Assembly: GCA_977030845.1 (NCBI GenBank) | Contig: OZ365112.1 | Location: 17,794,001 to 17,858,000 of the forward strand | DNA length: 64,000 bases | DNA from: Fimbriosthenelais zetlandica | Lineage: Eukaryota | Direction: 5' to 3' | In this document: in pieces, positions 27,501 to 40,100 of the stretch | Numbering within the stretch: the stretch's first letter is position 1 | Layout of the letters: every line of letters begins with the position of its first letter | Position numbers and translations under genes: made by a program | Notes under the pieces: model-generated | What the model was told of the DNA's origin: nothing | Databases searched by the model: none | What the model saw: only the letters and a program-made list of their open reading frames with translations

Positions 27501-29567
27501 AGATATATTATGGTTCAAAGTTCGTGTCTGAATCCTACCAAGGCCACCCAGCAGGCGCACCCGACAATTCCCCCTCTGTTTGGAATCTGTACCACATCAT
27601 CTATGTTGAATGGGTCGATTGCCTGCATGGAGTATTAGGAATGCTTCCTCCTATAGCTTGTTCAGATAATCGTCACCACTCATCCACTCTGTGAGCTATT
27701 GTTAGATTTTCCGACATGTCCATGGTGAAGTCAGAATCTCTGGTCTTCACCTCCTAACTTGGTAATGGTCTGACATATCAAAATAGATGAGATCACAATG
27801 CAAGCTCAATGAGAGCTCACAGGCCATTCAACTGGTGACCATGCCCAATGAAGGCTTTGGTAATGCAAAGCAGCATTATTAGATTATTCCTATTATTTCA
27901 ACTCTTTCAGAGTCTGAACTATCTATCTACATAGATATATATACCATCCACAGATGGTAGTATAGTGAATTGGGTGCAAAATGAAGGTTGTTCTGTCATA
28001 GTAGTTTATAGGAATGACTATTTTTCTATGGTGATGATGGTAGTCTACATCATCTACTGTAGTACAGTAGGTGAATGGAGCCTGTGTTGAGGGACATACT
28101 GTCCATCTTAGCCTTGGTTACTAGACTGTGGTATGAGTTGGCTTTACTCCATGTGTGAATCATTGTAGAGAAGCCTTCCTTTCTAGCACAATATTGACCT
28201 AAGTCTCTAACACACATAGCTGCAAGTCATGCACGTCTCTTTTACACCTGGCAGCAGATTTGCTGAATCAGACTGATCTTTTGTCATCGATTTCAATCCA
28301 ATCCCCTCCCCTTACCCAGCCAGAGTAAGATGACGATTTCAACTGCTGAGATTTCCACCCGGATGACATTAAATATTTCGCCAATGGCGATGTGAATGGG
28401 CTTGAAAAAGCATGTGCCATGAGTGGTTGGATTGGGTGAACTTTGCACAAATTAACTGTCGCTATTCTGACACAAATCCATTTACACAAATCAATGGTTT
28501 GCCACTATTAGGTTTTGTATTACTGTTATATTAATTCACGACAATGTATCATTGATTTCATTATGAGAAAGTAACCTGAATATGCAAGAAAGGTCAATTT
28601 ATTGTATCGCTGCAAGAGATGAATATATCAGGCACTATGATAACAGTGAGGCCAATTTGCATCTGTGTTAAAAGGCATTGGAGTTGCCTTGCAATCCTTG
28701 AAGTCCCTGGTGAGTATTGTTTCACCATTGGGAAGCTCTGGTTCCTCTCCACTTAATGTGGAGTGATGCCTTATCAGGATCAGGACGCGGTTACTAATTA
28801 CCAAGACGTAGTTTACCACCTAATTCAATATTCCCTACTGATTGTGTACAGTGTTCTACTACAACAGACCAATGGTTATATCCCCTCAATACACTCATTT
28901 TTTCAAGTTATGTTAAATGGCAATATCATACTCTATTTCTCCAAGGTTATCTTGTATTTCAACAAAAATGGTTTTGCTTTGACCATTCATATATCAAATT
29001 GATGATGTTTTTTGCTCTGGCTCAAGCTCAGGTTAAAGGGATTTGATTGGTTGACAAGCCATATAACTCCGTCTGAAATTAGATACATTTGCCTCATTGA
29101 ATCGCTCCAGACTCATGCCTGAATGAATAAGATCTTACTTTGTTGATGGAATAGAATAGAACATGCATGCCACTCCCTCACTGACTGGCATCAGAATGTC
29201 TAAGATTTCGCTTGTGTAGTGTTGGGCTAGAATTTACAACAGCTGCAGGGGCTTACGAGGATGATTGTCTAAATGCAGTTTACCCTAAATGGATTATTTA
29301 TATAATGGCTGCACTTCTTCCCGTACATGTATTTTTGCTTGAATGTACACAGGGTGGTGTTAAGTGTTAGTGGAGGTGTTTGCTTGATAATTCGTCTGTA
29401 GAGCTAAAACAAATCTGTTATCTTCCCACAGTGCTCTGCTCCTTTTAGTAATGCTTTTGATCGTGTCCATTTTCAGATACAAGAAAGGTGGTAGGGGATA
29501 TATTACGCTTGATGATTTCGGCACATTTGAAGGGATGCAGAATCCAAATTATGATGGCGAGCTTTAA
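12509..29567 (+). CDS. Type-I single-pass membrane glycoprotein (mucin/sialomucin-like, no recognisable folded domain), 3 coding exons, 358 aa
   Basis: Exons 12509-12569 (cagccATGG; MELRTRSGLLILASLLLCCQ, G|GTAAGT), 23945-24869 (cttgcag| acceptor, phase 1; AA|GTGAGT donor) and 29477-29567 (tttcag|A, phase 2). The total is 1077 nt with all phases matching. TM segment LALGIGICIPILLVIVVILSVFCY; tail RKYKKGGRGYITLDDFGTFEGMQNPNYDGEL*. Additional small exons within the long introns cannot be excluded. Confidence 0.82.
15900..19900 (-). mobile_element. Heavily decayed non-LTR retrotransposon remnant (RT motifs resembling R2/NeSL-type RLE clades), intronic
   Basis: Frame-switching minus-strand translation gives RT-like motifs in the expected order: YSRIICTTMSKRI (~18.5 kb), RNELH..HNTVLEAI (~18.4 kb), INLTR..PL..NMI (~18.2 kb), GLKEVMN (~17.96 kb), FKSEGKAIPELTPG (~17.87 kb) and SLKYMG (~17.74 kb). 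There are many stops and frameshifts, and the ends are approximate. Confidence 0.55.
23945..24869 (+). CDS. Large exon 2 of the membrane glycoprotein (acidic N-terminus, N-glycan-rich and S/T/P-rich stalk, TM helix)
   Basis: Lies within ORF 23884..24873 of the supplied track and is bounded by a polypyrimidine-AG acceptor and a GTGAGT donor. Confidence 0.88.
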
Positions 29568-31095
29568 AACATGCTTTCAATAGGTAGGTCCTTTCAATAC
29601 TTTTTTCCATCTTAATAATATAATAGTATTTCACATTGCTGGTACATATTACTGTAAATTGGCAATAGTTTGTTCGCATCTTAATACATGGTGAACGTGA
29701 AAATATTGGTGATGTACTCTGATCCTAGGTGTATGGATTGTGCTGGTATACCAAATTACATTTATTCTGCCTTGTATCATGCTGGTAAAGAGTTTAATAC
29801 AATGTGGGGAAAACCTATATGAATCGTGTTCAACCATGCCTAGAAAATGGCCCTTTCATTTGAGTATACTTAGGTATTCAGAGTGTATACGTGCATAATC
29901 AACAATTTAATAATACTGCACGGCAATTTGCCGTTAGAATGTAAACAGTGGAAGGGCATTTTTGTGCCCTCGCCTGTGATATCTGAGACCCGCTAGATTA
30001 GAGCCACATGGCTGAGATTCAGAGCCTGTGATGCGGGCCTTGACTTTGATGTGCCTCTAGCTGTTGTTTATGACCAGGTGGATTAGATGGCAGCCATTTC
30101 ATGGATGGAGGCTGGTTGAAGGGTTGGGTAGGAGGTCTTTCTCCAGTGGTACAGTGTAGAGATCTCCTCCAGCAGTCTGATGTGTGAATGTGTCAAACCT
30201 GAGTCGCAGGAGGCCGATCTGCCATGGTCATGATGACAACATTACCTACCGGGTTGGGCATATAACCATTAGTTGAAAATTTAAGAGCATTTTTATTGTC
30301 ATTGGGCTTTTGTATATATTGGTATTAGGTTGACACAAGGTTTTATGTTCTTTTATACGAGTTCAGTTTAACATACAAATGGGCAAATTAGACTTCTATG
30401 AGAAAATGTTCTTTCAGTATGCCATAGGGAAAAATATTCTGAGATACAGGTCTGAAAATAAGTAGGCCTATGTCTGTAATCACCTACAATGACCAAAGGA
30501 GAAGCAAGGAGCTCGCCTTAAACATACCAGGCAAATCAACAATCTGATTATTCTCCTCCACTAAGCAGCAATCAGAGAGGCTGTAATAGAATGATTCAGG
30601 CCAGAAATTCTTCACGATCTTCTCTTATATAATCACCTCGTGATGCCTGGCCACTAACAAGGATTCAATCAACCTAATCATCCTGCACACTGTCCTTCAG
30701 ATCTCAGCTCTGATCGTCTCTGAAATAACATAGCATTTACTCACACTTAACTAGATCTGATTGAGAAATAACTCTTATATTGCTTGGGTTGTCTGAGGAA
30801 TCATTCCCTATATAAGTCCTGGTCATTAACGATATATCTTCTGATGTAAATTGCTCTGGTGTGACACTATAACTGCATGTCAGATTAAGTACCTCCAAGA
30901 TGCAAATTATTGGCAGCAGTTGTTACTGTAGCACTCAGTATACTTTCCATTCGTATGAAATGGTCCAAGCTTGAGTGATTGGTCTGCCTCTAAATAGGAA
31001 AAGCAGAAACATTTTCACTGATGGCTTTTAATTTCGTTTGAGTCAATCAGTGTCCGGATTTCTCAAATCTTGTTCAACTTGTATCTACCCTAGAT

Positions 31096-31191
31096 GTCAC
31101 GTGATTGATCTCAGCCAATCAGAGATTGATACCACATAATTACCCGCAGCCAATCACTGCCAAGTTTGACCCTCATGTGAACCGCCATCTT
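31096..31191. promoter_or_regulatory. Orphan promoter-like motif cluster (E-box, two CCAAT boxes, YY1-type site)
   Basis: GTCACGTGA 31096-31104; AGCCAATCAG 31113-31122; AGCCAATCAC 31148-31157; CCGCCATCTT 31182-31191. No gene was assigned downstream. Confidence 0.4.
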
Positions 31192-34100
31192 AGATTTCCT
31201 ATCATTATGGCAAGGCTGTAGACCAATTAGTGTCTAATCCTGATCCGACTGAGAAATAGTATTTTAATGAATAGAGAGATATCCCGTGTAAATATAATTG
31301 AAGCCTACATGCAATAAAGAAGGGCTGCGAAACTTTCCTTTAAATTGATGTCAGTCAGTAAATGTGATTGAGGACTCTATTTTGCTTGAGAGTTTGGCTC
31401 ACTCTGTAGTTCTATGATGAAAAGAAATGGAGACAAAATGAAAATGAATATAATGCAAGATATGCGAATTTGTTTCTGACGATAAGCAATATATTCCATG
31501 TACAATGCATATGAAATGAGCTTTCAGTCAATACAGAATATATCCAAGCCACTTATTCTGTATGAGTGTTTTTGGTTCAAAGAGACTGCATAACTGACAT
31601 CGGTTATGGTTGTGAGGATGGATGGTGAGGCAGCCCCTCTTGGACAAGATTCGATAATAGGGAGAGAAAAGTGCATTAGTAAGGCCAGTTATATGTGCCT
31701 TTATAACCCTATATCTGTCGCGTTATTCCTCCGCTGGTGGACATTCTAGCAACATAATGCTTTAATCTGATAACAGATGACAGCCTACCTCCCTCACGTT
31801 AAGTGTCATGCGCGCGCTGGGGCCTTACACGGATGAGCAAGCTGGGCCAAGGAGAATCAAAGGACGTGGCTGGGACGCTGCCCCAGGTCAATCTCAATAT
31901 GATTATCCTGTCAGAAAAATGAGGATAGATGGCGAAAACAGGGTTAAGGCTGGCCCAGATCTTATTAGCATTCCTGCCTGCCTACCCCGTACCACAATGT
32001 CAATGCCCCTCACACATTCCCCTACACTTAGAAAAGCCCTGAGCCGACAAAAAAATGCTTTAATAACATCGCAGGCTTTCGCTTTTAAAAGTGGTGGGTT
32101 AGTTTAAGGCGATACTGATCAGATTAGACACAGTTGAATCTAGTTATTTTTGCTGGTTTTGTTGATATAGATTGTGGCCTGCTCACCATTGATTCCCTGC
32201 CCATGCTACTATTCCTTGTGGATTATATGTGATTCAGGCGGCTGACAGTTTATTATAGAGAAGCGGAATGATAGATCGCCTCTACCCTATACGGCCATGG
32301 CTTGGCGAGCAAGGGCCAGGTGTTCTTCTACTACTACACAAATGACATGAGAAAAGTGGCATTTAATTTCAGAGTCTTTTAAACTCCAAAATGACAAGCC
32401 TTATGATTCATGGGCATCTTTCATACAGAGGGTATTTTAATCTTCTAATATATAGGGAACCACTGTATGAGTACCAGTAACGCCATTGCCTTTTGACTTC
32501 CAGGGAAAGGCAATGCAACAAAAAGAGCCGCTACTCGATACATTACTTGGAATTCCATTTCAAAATGGAATTGAAGTTAAAACAGCTTTCAGGCTGTCAC
32601 GAATAGATTTTTGCTCTCATATCTTGAATATATACCTGTTTTCCTTACCACCAAGCAAGATATTTTTTGCCTCAGGGTAGCGCCACCATCCGTTGGTCTG
32701 CTAGACCAAGCAAGGGTTATTGATTCAGCCATGACTCATTGATATAGTACCAGCACCTTTTGTCTGCTCCAAGCTATCGTTCTGGAATAGTACAGGAGGA
32801 AATTGTGTGGCTGGTATCACATGGAAACACGCTTCATGCCCATTGGTAGGCATGCTTAATCACCGGTTTCAGTCCTCTCCCGTTAGCCTCTCAATAAGAG
32901 TGCTTCTCGCCAGGCCATTCAGACGTTGCTGGTCAGTAATTAAAGCGAGATTTGAGTGGTATATATAGAGGTGGTCCGCACCATCTCCTGTATATAATCT
33001 CACTTACTCCTTACCTTTTACACACTGAACCAAAATGAGGTAGTCACATAGGGCCATGGTTCCAACTCAATATATTTTGGTCCCAGTCGATTCAATGAGA
33101 GAAATATCGGAATTTTCTATACTCTCTTGGTCTTTTCTCTGACATACCCAATGAAGAACATGATACTAATGGTGTAGGAATAGAAGAGAGAGGACAGGTA
33201 AGACCTGGCCAAGCAAAAGGTCAGTCCGTCACCTCCTCATCTTGTCTGGCTCTAAAAGGGTGAGCTCAGTCCGTAACAGAGACTGATGTACATTTACCCA
33301 AGCAGATCAGGATTGGCATCTCGACCAAGGGCGCACTGCTGGGTCAGAGTTCATCCGTAGCTAAGTGCACCATTAGGATTCTAAATCAATGATGGTCCCC
33401 GGCCATTTTGATATAGGTAGCTTTTTAAAGGTCTACTTTCCCTCTAATGTTTGTACTATAGTTGATTCCTCAGATTTATCTGGATCCAATTATCTAGAAT
33501 CCATCCTATCCGTAGAGCGGATTCCTCTTTAAAAGTACCATCTACTTGCGCTATACCTCTCCCTGCTGAAATAGATTAGGCAATATTGGAAGTTGCTGTT
33601 TATAACTGGGCCTTCCGTGTTGGAGGTATAGTGGAAAGATTGTATGAAAAGGGATATCAGTCTATGAGAAGCACCAACTAGGTCCTGTGGTGTGGCATGG
33701 CAATGAGTACAAGGTCCTTTCCTCAAGTGTCAAGTTATGGCAAGGTCTGCTTATATGAAAGTTTTGATTTATTTGTTAGCAGATTTCTCGTGCTTGCTAG
33801 TTCTCCAGCTGAATTCACAATGTCCTTCTTGCTATGTCTCATGCAAAAGAGATGGAGAATAAAATCATTATTATTCCCATCATGGACTCCACTTCACTCT
33901 AGTTTGCATGGTATGCTGTCATGTTTCGTATCTGGAATTTCTAATGACTAACTCTCTTAGCTTGGTTAATTAGTTCTCATCGATCCTCTACCCTTCCATC
34001 TATTTCATTCTCCTCAGCCTTTATGACCACTGGTCTGACCTCGCCATACTTAACACTGACATAAAGGCACCACCGTTCTCTACTTGGGCTTTCCGTTGCA

Positions 34101-37100
34101 GGCACTTCGGTCAGAATTAATCACCATAGAAACAAAGGCTCACATCATCCAATATGACGTCCGTCCCATATACAGGCATGATGGAGAAAAATAAGGCTCA
34201 TAATAAAGGCAGCGAAGGCTGTCATGCGTGAGGCTTGTCGTAAAGGCCTCCACCTTCAGCCTATCCATCCTGCCTGATGGATGTTACTTCAGACGTGCCT
34301 ATTCTAGGCCCTGGATCAACATGCCTCATGCTATGATGGACTGATCACCACATGCTACTCTGTCCTAAGACAGCAGCAAATATATTCCTTATATTCCACC
34401 AGTTTTATGTGATATCAGTATCATGTACTACCACTACAATCCTCTTTGTAGACTCACTGCATAGTTCCGCATCTGTACTTACTTTTCGCATTGAATACAG
34501 ATTTTATCTTGCCAATTCATCCCCACCCCAGCCTCTGTCACTTCTAAATCATCTTCTGTCACAGTTAATGCATATTCTACGTACGGGTCGCATTACAGTT
34601 TATTATTCCTTTATGAGGAACAAAAGGAGTCATCATCGAAGATGATGGAGCATACTGACGGTTCTTCCGAGAAGTGCGGGAAAAGCTGGACTGGCTGAAT
34701 TATGAAGCCATATTGATTTCTTGCAATTACCCTTGAAATCACTCGTGACGGTTGTGATTAATGACAGAGCTCATGACTGTACGATCTGTTGATCAGGCTG
34801 CTTTTGAATATTTCATTATAATTCAATGTGGAAAACCATATTGCTTGTCTCGGGATTTTCTCCTTTTGTCTTTCTTTGCCATTAAATCATCAGAAATAAC
34901 CCAATCAGAGCTGGAGGCCTGTTGTTTCTGATGTTTTGCTTGATTATTGGAGGCGGGAATTATCCTCGAGCAGGCGCTGTGATACTTCCTGCCATTGGTA
35001 CCATTTTATTAACAAGCGTCGTGACGAGGCCAAAGAAGGCAGACATTAGGAAGGAGAACAATGAGGATGTTAGGGCAGGAAACTATCCCGCAGGCTTGGT
35101 GCGCAACCATCAGGAGCCCATTACTTGTGTCCAAAGACCGAGCAGTGGTCTTAAACAAAGTGTTTCCTTAGATACAGAGATCAATGGAAGCAATCCATTT
35201 CCATCAAACGCCCATCTGTGGGATTGTACCCATTTTGTTCTGATAGCAGTACTAAGGCCGGCTCTGGCAGCGACAAGCTTATTGATCGGGGGCAAGTATC
35301 CAGGGCAAAAACTTGAGGCCCGTGTTTGGGCAAAGGATCAGGACCAATTATTAGAGGCCATTATACCTAGTCCCGTGGTTGGGACGGTGAAGATATGCCT
35401 GTTATAGAGGGCTAAGTAAGTCATTTAAAGGTGTGACTAGGTCTTGACCAGAGCATTAATGAGATCATTCAGGATATTAAGGCAAGGATACAGAGAAGTC
35501 TCTTGCTAACTGGCAGGCCTTCTGTACCCTTAAAACTCTTCACATAAGTGCAGTACTTTTCTTAAGTCTCTGATGGCCAGCCATCAGGTATGACATTAAT
35601 CAGTAGCCTAGCAATTATCCTATAACCTACAGGAAACCCATGCTCTTGATGTCTACAAGGGCATCAATTTCGCTGACCAATACATCAGCGAGTTATTTTC
35701 GTTCACCAAAGGTGCTATTGGCGGACCATGTAGAAGGAAGTAGATGAATGTGTTCTTTACCACGCTCAGTGTTGACCAGAGGTAGCAACTTTTTCCATAA
35801 TGCAGTCATCAGAGGACACTGTATATTGTGGAGCAGTAAAAGCCTTGTCCTAGCCCACAAATGATCTGCCTGGCTGCTATCTTCACCCTGCGTGAAATGG
35901 CGGCGATCAGGGCAGTCAACTGATATTCAATCAGCCCTCTATTTTTACCCTGATGCCTCTGGCGGGAAGTCATGGAACAACAGTCTATTTTGACACAGGA
36001 TTGGGCCAACTAGTGTGGTAATTACAGGGATACAGACCAGCGTCCACAGAATGTGTCCTTTTCATTAGATCAGCCCACACCACATGATTGATTCATTTCA
36101 TCTGAGTGATAATAGGTTCATCACGCAATAGTGACATTGATGGGAAAGCGATTGATGGCAGTGGTTTTGTCTATCCCTGACAGGCAATTCACCACCAATT
36201 CTCTATCACTCTATATTCATAAATGTTTGAATGTGAACATTGAATAAGCCTTTTAGTCAGAGAGAGGAAGTGAACTTCTGTCAGGCAGCACTTTCTGCCG
36301 GGTTGTCATCATTATTCCTGCTGCCATTGTCAGTGAGTTAACTACTATTATGCCCCAGTGACAATAGATAATGGAAATGCACTACATAACCACTGGTGTC
36401 TACTACCCTAGTGGCCAAGTGACTATGAACCAGACCAAGTCTCAGTTTTATCCTGTCAAGTTTGCCGGAATTTTCTTTTAAAGAATCTTATGAATCGTTT
36501 ATGAACCCTGAATTCAGATAATGAGACGTCTATCACTGTTTAGGTGGTACTGTTGTCCTCTCTGTACAGAGATGCTAATGGCCCTGTGTTTCCCTTGTGA
36601 CAAATGACACCTCCATGCATTGATGGTATTGATTTATGCACACATGCATGCAGCATTCCATTCCAATCAAGAAATGAAAGTTGTCACACAATCCAAAAAG
36701 GTCCAGACTAATAACATGAGATAGACACATGAATTTTAAAATGAATCCGAAAACCGATATTACAGGCAGAAATTCGTGCAATACTGATATGAAAGTGCCA
36801 AATGTCATTTTTTTTCTGCCATAAATAAGTTGGCATGCCAAATCGAGACGAGTTTTACTGTTTTTAATGCTGGAAATGTGCTTTGGAACGTATCCTTGCC
36901 TAATGGGATTTTACAAAACTGACACTGGAATTTGTTAATTTCATTTTCTCCAGCAATAATTATATACTGCCCTAAGGCTCAAGGAATAAAACACTTAAGC
37001 TTCTCCCTATATATCTTAATCTAATTAAACCGTCCCGTATGTTACAAGAATTGAAATAAGACATTACTGTACAGTACATTGATGCTGCTACATTTGATGC

Positions 37101-40100
37101 CATTGAATCTCTGCACGTGAAAAATAGATTACATACTCTCACAATCATGCCATCAGCATGATTGTCTGCATCTGTATAGCCTGTCCAGAAGACTAGGATA
37201 CAGAATATGGTATTTGAACCAAGTAAATAGCTAGCTCTAATACGTAAATGTACATAGTGTCATTGTGTAAACATAGTTTTGTTATACCTGTTTAAATTGT
37301 AGCTATCTCAATATTATTAGATGCCGGATTAGAGGCAAAGTTCTGTGTGAATTTCTGCCTCGAGGTGATCATCTTTAATACATTTAGCAACGAAACCTGT
37401 TAGCTAATTATATTTTCTTAGTTTGAAAAACCTTTGTAATCTCTTCACCGAACATTTTGGTTATGATACCAACATCCAACACTGGAAAGTAAACTGGCCG
37501 TAGACAATGCCATTAGAGGTCCCTTAACAGTCATTTGTGATTGCACCCTGGTCATTATCTGTCCCGGACCAGTGATTATAGGTTCTCAAACAGTCGTAGT
37601 CAAAATGGAATAATATTATTACTGCCCTTTATAATGGCGGAAACGAGGTGTTCATGGTTTTCTCTCTGGTAATTATGATTTACTGCGACGTAAATTAGTT
37701 ATCCCATCCCATCCCAACTCCTAGTACTGAAACAGGCATTTAGACCAAGCTTCCAAGAACTTCATAATGGTTATCTTATCTCAGGATTATCTGTCAACTT
37801 TTGTTTTCAGCTCATTTCAAACTATAATTAATATGCAATGTAACCAGCACTATCACTATTCCCTCTATTTCTGTCATACTCCTCTTTTACTTCTTTATTT
37901 CGAGAAACGTGACCTTGGCTGCAATGGCGTAATAATTCATTATAGATGATACCGCCATTGTTTCCCCGGCCTACACCAAAGTCCATGTTCAACCAATCAT
38001 TTAATTCACATTGATGCAATAAAAAGTATTCCACTTGGCTCTTCTGCCGTAATAAAGTGGTAAAATCGATGTGAATACATCCATCTTACATTCCACACAT
38101 CCCCCAGGGAGTCTACAGCAGGGAATGTGGTGGTTACTACCCCCTGCAGTCTCCGTGCACTGTTTTCCCATCCAATAGTTGTAATGTTCAGAAACAAGAT
38201 TTCTATATTTCGTGAGGCTATATTCCCTGATGGTCATACCATATCTCAAGTCCACATCTTCATCCAATTAGAATTATCGGTATCATCGGTGTCCTCCGAG
38301 GTTGTCTGAACAAAGATAAGCTTCCCTTAATTAGGTTCTTTCCTCCGCTAATTTTCCTTCAAGTTGAAAACAAATAAAAGCAACAAATTCATCTAGTAGA
38401 ACTCGTGCAGTACAAGGAATGGCGCATACATCTCTTGCTTTGTGCTGTCTCATTGCTGTTTATCCTAGGGAGATTGCTCTACGCCACGTTGTAGGATGCA
38501 TTGTCTGTCATCCACCGCCAGCTCTAGGGCTATAATTAGTTGAAGTAATTAGGAGATTACCCTAGGGATGGCAGCCTGGTACATATATTGTGTTTTGCTA
38601 GCAGTTGTGTTGTGGTTCCTCTATTAATAGTAGTCACTGTCATTCCTGCCATGAGAATCTATTAATTTGACTGCATGATCCATACAGACAAATATGACTT
38701 GTATGAAGGTGCCTCCTCATCAATTTATGATGAACTAAGATGATTTTATGAGCGTTTGAGAATATTCATAATCCAATATATTTTTGAATGGGAAATAATT
38801 CTTCAAATATAAAAGTAAGTCCTTCTTGATATAGTTTGATGATAGTATAATTATATGCTCTTGCTCATTAAACTACAAATACGCTACTATTAATAATAAG
38901 GCAATTTTATCATTGATTCTGACTTAGGAAATAAAAAAGGGAAAAGAAACTGTAAAGAAAAATTGCATGGCTTGAGCCTTACTCCGTCGAAACAAATCGT
39001 CCAACCATTTCAGCCAATCAAAAGTAGGCTCCGACTTGAGTGCAGGATCAATTCATATTTGCTGCGGGATGTTTACTGTGACCGCTCAACAGGAAGGGAT
39101 CGTTACAGGCCTGGTTAAGGGGCAGCTATAAATCTCTGTGTTCATTTGTTGGAGGGAGATGGGCAGTAAAAACACCCGTTAGGCCTTGTTCAAAGCTATA
39201 AGATCATCAAATACCCAGTAAACGTTCACTTGATATGGCGGATCGCTCCGCAGAATCTGACTGAATTTTCTCTTTCCTGGGCAATGTCTGATGCCTCAGA
39301 GAGCACAGAGCTATAGTTCTATCTAGAATTTAACTATGCAGGACTTCATATATCTAACTGGAAATGGGCATCTATGTATAGATATATCTGGTATAATCCA
39401 ATTATATACTTTGCCCTTTCCTTGGGACGAGGAAGTTATCAGAAAAAAAACTTACCTTAAAAAGACCATATACCTTTTTTAGGTGCAGGAGAAGACCGTC
39501 TGCTCCCTTTCTTTTCACTTAAATTAAGTGTCTGATGTCAATAGAGCCAGGAACATAGGACATTTTCTTTTTATAAGGAGGCATGAACTCTGTGCATGAC
39601 AGGGAGATATTCAAAGTTACTTCCGGTGTTGCGATTGACCCTGAAATTCAATTTCCTGCCAGCTAAGATATCAGGATGTGCCCTGTCCTAGCCGGCAGTT
39701 CAGTTCAAGTCTCCTCCCTTCTTTAGAGTTCGTTGAAATCTCACACAAACAGCTTTCATTTCAAGATCTGGCCTGAAAGCAGAAGATATAGTGTTCATAA
39801 AGCCATGGGACAAACCAGAAATGTACTGAAACTGGATTCTCTTGCACTCTGAATGGATCGGTTAAATATTTCATTGCTAACATGAAGCGATGGTCCAAGA
39901 ACTCGCAAACATTATTGCCAACCTATTTAGCAATGTGGTAAAAGGTGTTTGTCATGATTTCAGTGGAATTGATATCTTCCATGCCCACATTTGTTCATTT
40001 GGAATTGGAAGATATTCCAATAGGCTAAGCAGCTCTGCTTCATGACGGAATTCCATGCAATTCAATTGTAAGAAGGGAAAATAGTAAGCATGACAATAAT

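Noticed and set aside
27256-27694. ORFs with HILTTC, like a retroelement zinc-knuckle half
   Set aside because: The upstream CxxC is missing and there are no other retroelement motifs.
33015-33057. Minus-strand accATGG mini-exon (MALCDYLILVQCVK, AAG|GTAAGG)
   Set aside because: The hydrophobic core is short, no convincing phase-1 downstream exon was found, and such a pattern is expected by chance in 19 kb.
34922-35407. 161-aa plus-strand ORF
   Set aside because: It has a non-ATG start in the track, no recognisable domain and no flanking splice signals.
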